Assembly: GCA_037130925.1 (NCBI GenBank)
Contig: JBAXSC010000001.1
Coordinates: 90,896-154,895, forward strand
Direction: 5' to 3'
DNA length: 64,000 bases
Source: Candidatus Nomurabacteria bacterium
Lineage (GTDB): Bacteria > Patescibacteriota > Minisyncoccia > Phycocordibacterales > UBA5272
The notes under the pieces were generated by a model. The model was not told where the DNA came from. It did no database searches and was given only the letters and a program-made list of their open reading frames with translations. A program made the translations under genes and the position numbers. Of the stretch, positions 60,127-64,000 are shown piece after piece. How positions within the stretch are numbered: position 1 is the stretch's first letter; the number at the start of each line of letters is the position of its first letter.

Positions 60127-60492
60127 ATGGAAAAATACGCAGACCTATTAAATAAAATCGAAGCAATGTCAGTACTTGAACTAAATGAATTAGTTAAAGC
60201 TATTGAAGAAAAATTTGGTGTTTCAGCAGCAGCAGTTGCTGCAGCTCCAGCAGGAGGTGCAGCAGCAGAAGCTGAAGAGAAAACATCTTTCACTGTTCGT
60301 CTTGAGGCAGCAGGAGAAGGAAAAATTGCAGTTATGAAGGTTGTTAAAGAAGCTCTTGCTCTTGGACTTAAAGAAGCAAAAGATCTTGTTGATGGCGCTC
60401 CTATCGATCTAAAGAAAGATATGAAGAAAGAAGAAGCTGAAGCTCTTAAAAAAGCTTTAGAAGAATCAGGTGCTACAATCAAATTAGTGTAA
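60127..60492 (+). CDS. rplL: 50S ribosomal protein L7/L12
   Basis: 121-aa ORF with an Ala-rich hinge ([18 protein letters not shown]) and a conserved C-terminal domain ([27 protein letters not shown]). Confidence 0.95.
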   Translation: MEKYADLLNKIEAMSVLELNELVKAIEEKFGVSAAAVAAAPAGGAAAEAEEKTSFTVRLEAAGEGKIAVMKVVKEALALGLKEAKDLVDGAPIDLKKDMKKEEAEALKKALEESGATIKLV

Positions 60493-60610
60493 TAATTTAT
60501 ATCTAATTCAAAAACACGTCTTTAGGGGCGTGTTTTTGCTTTATATAGATCTTTTCTTTTAAAATTGGATATGGTAGTATTTCATATATAAGCTTTATCA
60601 ATTTAATTAT

Positions 60611-61198
60611 ATGGACTCACTTACAAAAATCTTTCAGGCAGGAAATGGAGAAATAAGATTAAAAATTCTTAGACTTTTTTTAGCATATCCAAAAGAATAT
60701 TTTTCATCTAGCGATATAGAAGAGAGAACAAAAATTAAAAAAGATAAAATTAAAAAAGAAATAACTTTTCTTTCTGGAACTAGTTTTTTAGATAGATTTG
60801 TAGATAGTAAAGGGAATAGTACTTTTAGACTTAATGATAGTTTTGAATACAAATCTACTTTGTATGATTTAGTTTTTGATTTCCAAAATGTAAATAAAAA
60901 ATTAATTGTGGATAAACTAAAAAAAATAGGAAGAATTAAACTTTTATATTTTACAGGAGTCTTTGTTGATGATCGTGATGCTGAAATAGATATTATAATC
61001 GTTGCTGATAATATGAAGCAAAAAGAAATCAATCGTGCTACAGCTGATCTTAATTACGCTTTTGCAAATAAACTTCGTTTGTTGATTATGGATATAGAAG
61101 AATTTGATTATAGATATAAAATGTTTGATAGATTTTTAAGATTAGTACTCGAAGGAAAAAAGATTGTAATAGTAGATAAACTTGCAGGAGAATTTTAA
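60611..61198 (+). CDS. hypothetical protein (N-terminal winged-helix-like, C-terminal NTase-like segment)
   Basis: 195-aa ORF with IRLKILRLFLAYPKEYFSSSDIEERT and LLYFTGVFVDDRDAEIDIIIVAD. Confidence 0.4.
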   Translation: MDSLTKIFQAGNGEIRLKILRLFLAYPKEYFSSSDIEERTKIKKDKIKKEITFLSGTSFLDRFVDSKGNSTFRLNDSFEYKSTLYDLVFDFQNVNKKLIVDKLKKIGRIKLLYFTGVFVDDRDAEIDIIIVADNMKQKEINRATADLNYAFANKLRLLIMDIEEFDYRYKMFDRFLRLVLEGKKIVIVDKLAGEF

Positions 61199-61302
61199 TC
61201 ATGTTTTGTGGATAACATATATAAAACATTTTTTATAGTGTTATAATTTATTTATATAAAAGTTTGTTTATTAAAAATTAATTTTAAATTATAAATAAAA
61301 AT

Positions 61303-61980
61303 ATGTTAGGACAATATATCGATGTTTTAGGTCAACAGCTGATCGATGTTTCCGCTAAAGTAGTTTACTTTTTGCCTAGTTTCATTATTGGAGTAATAAC
61401 TTTATTGGTTGGTTGGTTATTTGGTTTAGTGTTAGGAAGGGCAACTTCTCATGTTTTTGAATTATTAAAAATAGATCATTTCTTTTCAAAATTAGGATTT
61501 GGACATATTTCTAAAAAAACTGGTCATGATATTTCTTTGGGTAATTTTTTTGGAGCTTTAGTAAAATGGACAATAATTGCTGCTTTTACTCTTGCTGCAT
61601 CTAATTTCTTTGGTCTTTATTATGTATCTTCATTTTTGGTAAGCATTCTTAATTATTTACCTTCTGTATTTATTGCTGGATTTATACTTATAATTTCAGT
61701 TATATTTGGAGGTTTTGCTGAAAAGGTTATAGACGGATCTGTGAGAGCTGCTGGTTTTCATGCTTCTTTTGCTGGAACATTAGCCAGATACGCTATAATT
61801 TTTACAGGAATTTTAGCAGCACTTAATCAGTTAGATATAATGGTAATATTTACTAATACTCTATTTATAGGTATTATAGGAGCATTAGCATTAGCGTTTG
61901 GACTTGCATTTGGTTTAGGAGGAAAAGATGCTGCTGCTAGAGCTATAGATAGAATTGAAAGAGATTTTACAAAAAAATAA
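61303..61980 (+). CDS. membrane protein with conserved-TM-helix repeats (MscS N-terminal-like)
   Basis: 225-aa ORF with repeated hydrophobic helices. Confidence 0.45.
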   Translation: MLGQYIDVLGQQLIDVSAKVVYFLPSFIIGVITLLVGWLFGLVLGRATSHVFELLKIDHFFSKLGFGHISKKTGHDISLGNFFGALVKWTIIAAFTLAASNFFGLYYVSSFLVSILNYLPSVFIAGFILIISVIFGGFAEKVIDGSVRAAGFHASFAGTLARYAIIFTGILAALNQLDIMVIFTNTLFIGIIGALALAFGLAFGLGGKDAAARAIDRIERDFTKK

Positions 61981-62087
61981 ATCATTATAATATATAAGTT
62001 TGAAATTAATTTTTAAATACTACTAAATTTTAGATTTAGTAGTATTTTTTTATATTATAGAAAATATGGTAAAATTATTAAAAACAT

Positions 62088-62897
62088 ATGAATTTATCTT
62101 GGCGTCAAAAAAGAAAAAATATTTTTATTTTACTAATTTTAGTTTTAGTTTTATCTTATTCATCTTTTAAAATATATCCATATTTTAATGTTGCACCAAC
62201 TTGTTCAGATGGAAAACAAAATGGTGATGAATTAGGTGTGGATTGTGGCGGATCGTGTCAGCTAGTTTGTCCAACTCAGGTTGTGGCTTTTAATGTTAGA
62301 TCTGTTTTAGCTGTAAAATCAGATAAGAATTTATATGATTTAGTGGCTATGATAGAAAATAAAAACTCTGATAAAGATACAATTGATGGAAATATTGATT
62401 ATGTATTTAGTGTTTATGATAAAGCTGGTTCTATTATAAAAACTATTTCCGGTTCTACAACTATTCCTATAGGTCAAACCTTTCCTCTTATAGTACAAAA
62501 TGTATCAATTGATTTTGGTAATTCTGGTAATGATTTAAGTTATGTTTCTTTGAAAATATTAGATGATAAATCTTGGCAGAAAAAAGACAATTATTCTGTA
62601 TTTGCAAATAATTTTTTTAAGACAGTTGATACTAATTTTGATCAAAATAAAAACAATATCTCACAATTAACTGTGACTCTTCAAAATTTAACCACAGCTG
62701 ATTTTAAGTATGTGCCAGTTAGAGTCGTAATATATGATCAGAAAAATAATCTCATAGGTTTAAATGAGACGATTATGAATGAATCTAAACCAAAAAGTAG
62801 TCAGAATTTAATTTTTACCTGGAGAAATCCTTTACCGGTTTCTAATCCAAAAATAAATGTTTACTCTATAGTTACGCCTCATACTCTTATAAAATAG
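62088..62897 (+). CDS. hypothetical membrane-anchored protein with Cys-rich motif
   Basis: 269-aa ORF with an N-terminal TM segment followed by CSDGKQNGDELGVDCGGSCQLVC. Confidence 0.45.
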   Translation: MNLSWRQKRKNIFILLILVLVLSYSSFKIYPYFNVAPTCSDGKQNGDELGVDCGGSCQLVCPTQVVAFNVRSVLAVKSDKNLYDLVAMIENKNSDKDTIDGNIDYVFSVYDKAGSIIKTISGSTTIPIGQTFPLIVQNVSIDFGNSGNDLSYVSLKILDDKSWQKKDNYSVFANNFFKTVDTNFDQNKNNISQLTVTLQNLTTADFKYVPVRVVIYDQKNNLIGLNETIMNESKPKSSQNLIFTWRNPLPVSNPKINVYSIVTPHTLIK

Positions 62898-62907
62898 ACA
62901 AATTGAA

Positions 62908-64000
62908 ATGTTGGAAATAAATAATTTAAAAAATAGTTTTATCGATATCTTTAAAAAAATAGATTGGACTATTTTTGCATCTATTTTAACTTTAATGATT
63001 TTTGGTTTAGTTACTATGTCTAATTTTAGTGATGGAAATTCTGTTTTTTGGAAACAGATTATTATTATAATAATTGCTTCTACACTTTTTGTATCATTGT
63101 CCTTTTTTGATTACAGATTCTTAAAAAGTTCTTATCTTATTGTTTTTCTGTACATGATTTTAGTTGCTTTTCTTTTCTTTCTTTTTGTTTTTGGTCATAT
63201 TGCAAAAGGAGGAGCAAGATGGTTTAATTTAGGTTCTTTCTTTTTTGGTCCAAGTGAGCCAATGAAATTGATTTTGATAATATTGTTGGCAAAATTTTTT
63301 TCAAAAAGACATGTTGCTATTGCAAATATTAAAAATATTTTAATATCATTAGTTTATCTATCTATTCCGGCTTTACTTGTTATGCTTCAGCCTGATCTAA
63401 GTACAGCAATTATTCTTTGTTCTATTTGGCTAGGAATGGTTTTGGTTTCTGGTTTATCAAAAAAACATCTTTCTATTTTTTTGTTAATTGGTATTACTTT
63501 TGCTTTGGTGGCTTGGAATTTTTATTTACATGATTATCAGAAAAATAGAATTCTTACTTTTGTTAATCCTGGATACGATCTTCATGGTACAGGTTGGAAT
63601 GCGTATCAATCTATAGTTGCTGCTGGATCAGGAGGGGTTTTAGGTAAAGGTGTTGGTTATGGTTCTCAGTCTAGATTAGGGTTTCTTCCAGAACATGAGA
63701 CAGACTTTATTTTTGCTTCATTTTTAGAAGAGTGGGGAATGATTGGCGGAATAATAGTTTTTATATTGTTTGGTATAATAATATTTAATTTATATCAGAA
63801 AAGCACTAAAGCAAATTCTAACTTTGAGACTTTATTTATTGTAGGGGTCTCAATTTGGTTTATAGTGCAGCTTTCTATGAATATGGGTATGAATATAGGT
63901 CTTGTGCCTGTGACAGGTGTTCCTCTGCCTTTTATGAGTCATGGAGGGTCTCATTTGATAGTTGAATGTGTAGCACTTGCTATGTGTGTTGGTATGAGTA
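62908..64000 (+). CDS. SEDS family peptidoglycan glycosyltransferase FtsW/RodA (3' end beyond window)
   Basis: Not in the ORF track because it has no stop in the window. Hand translation from the ATG at 62908 gives RWFNLGSFFFGPSEPMKL, PDLSTAIIL, GWNAYQSIVAAGSGG, LPEHETDFIFA and PVTGVPLPFMSHGGS. Confidence 0.9.
   Translation, partial: MLEINNLKNSFIDIFKKIDWTIFASILTLMIFGLVTMSNFSDGNSVFWKQIIIIIIASTLFVSLSFFDYRFLKSSYLIVFLYMILVAFLFFLFVFGHIAKGGARWFNLGSFFFGPSEPMKLILIILLAKFFSKRHVAIANIKNILISLVYLSIPALLVMLQPDLSTAIILCSIWLGMVLVSGLSKKHLSIFLLIGITFALVAWNFYLHDYQKNRILTFVNPGYDLHGTGWNAYQSIVAAGSGGVLGKGVGYGSQSRLGFLPEHETDFIFASFLEEWGMIGGIIVFILFGIIIFNLYQKSTKANSNFETLFIVGVSIWFIVQLSMNMGMNIGLVPVTGVPLPFMSHGGSHLIVECVALAMCVGMS

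Noticed and set aside
61207-61215. A second perfect DnaA box TGTGGATAA, and a near-box TGTGGATAG at 10528..10536.
   Set aside because: These are isolated single boxes with no clustering or AT-rich unwinding element. They are likely chance or transcription-regulatory sites rather than an origin.

Overview
This is a 64-kb, strongly AT-rich, gene-dense bacterial chromosome segment that reads cleanly with the standard bacterial code. The content points to a Candidate Phyla Radiation (Patescibacteria)-type genome, which is an inference. Supporting traits are an N-terminally short IF-2, a short AspRS, many small lineage-specific hypothetical proteins, and a 23S-5S rRNA unit with no adjacent 16S that carries two ORF-less group I introns and AT-rich expansion segments. 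Recognisable housekeeping genes are rbfA-infB, a cysteine desulfurase, Fe/Mn SOD, clpB, a tmk/thyA/deoxyribonucleotidase/adenylate-kinase-like nucleotide cluster, a ZIP transporter, T-box-controlled aspS, a MATE efflux pump and a CPA2 antiporter. Also present are an ABC exporter, trxB, ftsZ-ftsA-ybeY-rpsU, hisS-lepB, pth, rpsA, recA, ftsK, rplJ-rplL and a partial ftsW/rodA. Five tRNAs were found by eye: Met-CAT, initiator fMet-CAT, Asp-GTC, Glu-TTC and Ser-CGA. The most interesting locus is a self-contained ~1.7-kb module at 39.9-41.7 kb on the minus strand. It runs consensus promoter, then ~235-nt hairpin-rich non-coding leader, then a 472-aa retron-like reverse transcriptase. The RT has a VTG motif, a YVDS motif in place of YxDD, and a ~130-aa basic insertion between motifs A and B. 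The whole module is bracketed by two homologous 30-bp terminator-hairpin direct repeats and has no adjacent effector gene. Secondary observations are two promoter-to-terminator orphan ncRNA candidates and an iteron-like 11-mer array with a perfect DnaA box at a gene-strand switch. A four-repeat WFE-motif protein sits next to a TraD/VirD4-like ATPase. There is also a compositionally deviant 1053-aa surface protein, a poly-A frameshifted secreted-protein gene, a thyA with an in-frame TAA, and a duplicated gene cassette whose flanks are conserved but whose coding regions are not. No CRISPR array, transposase or integrase was seen.
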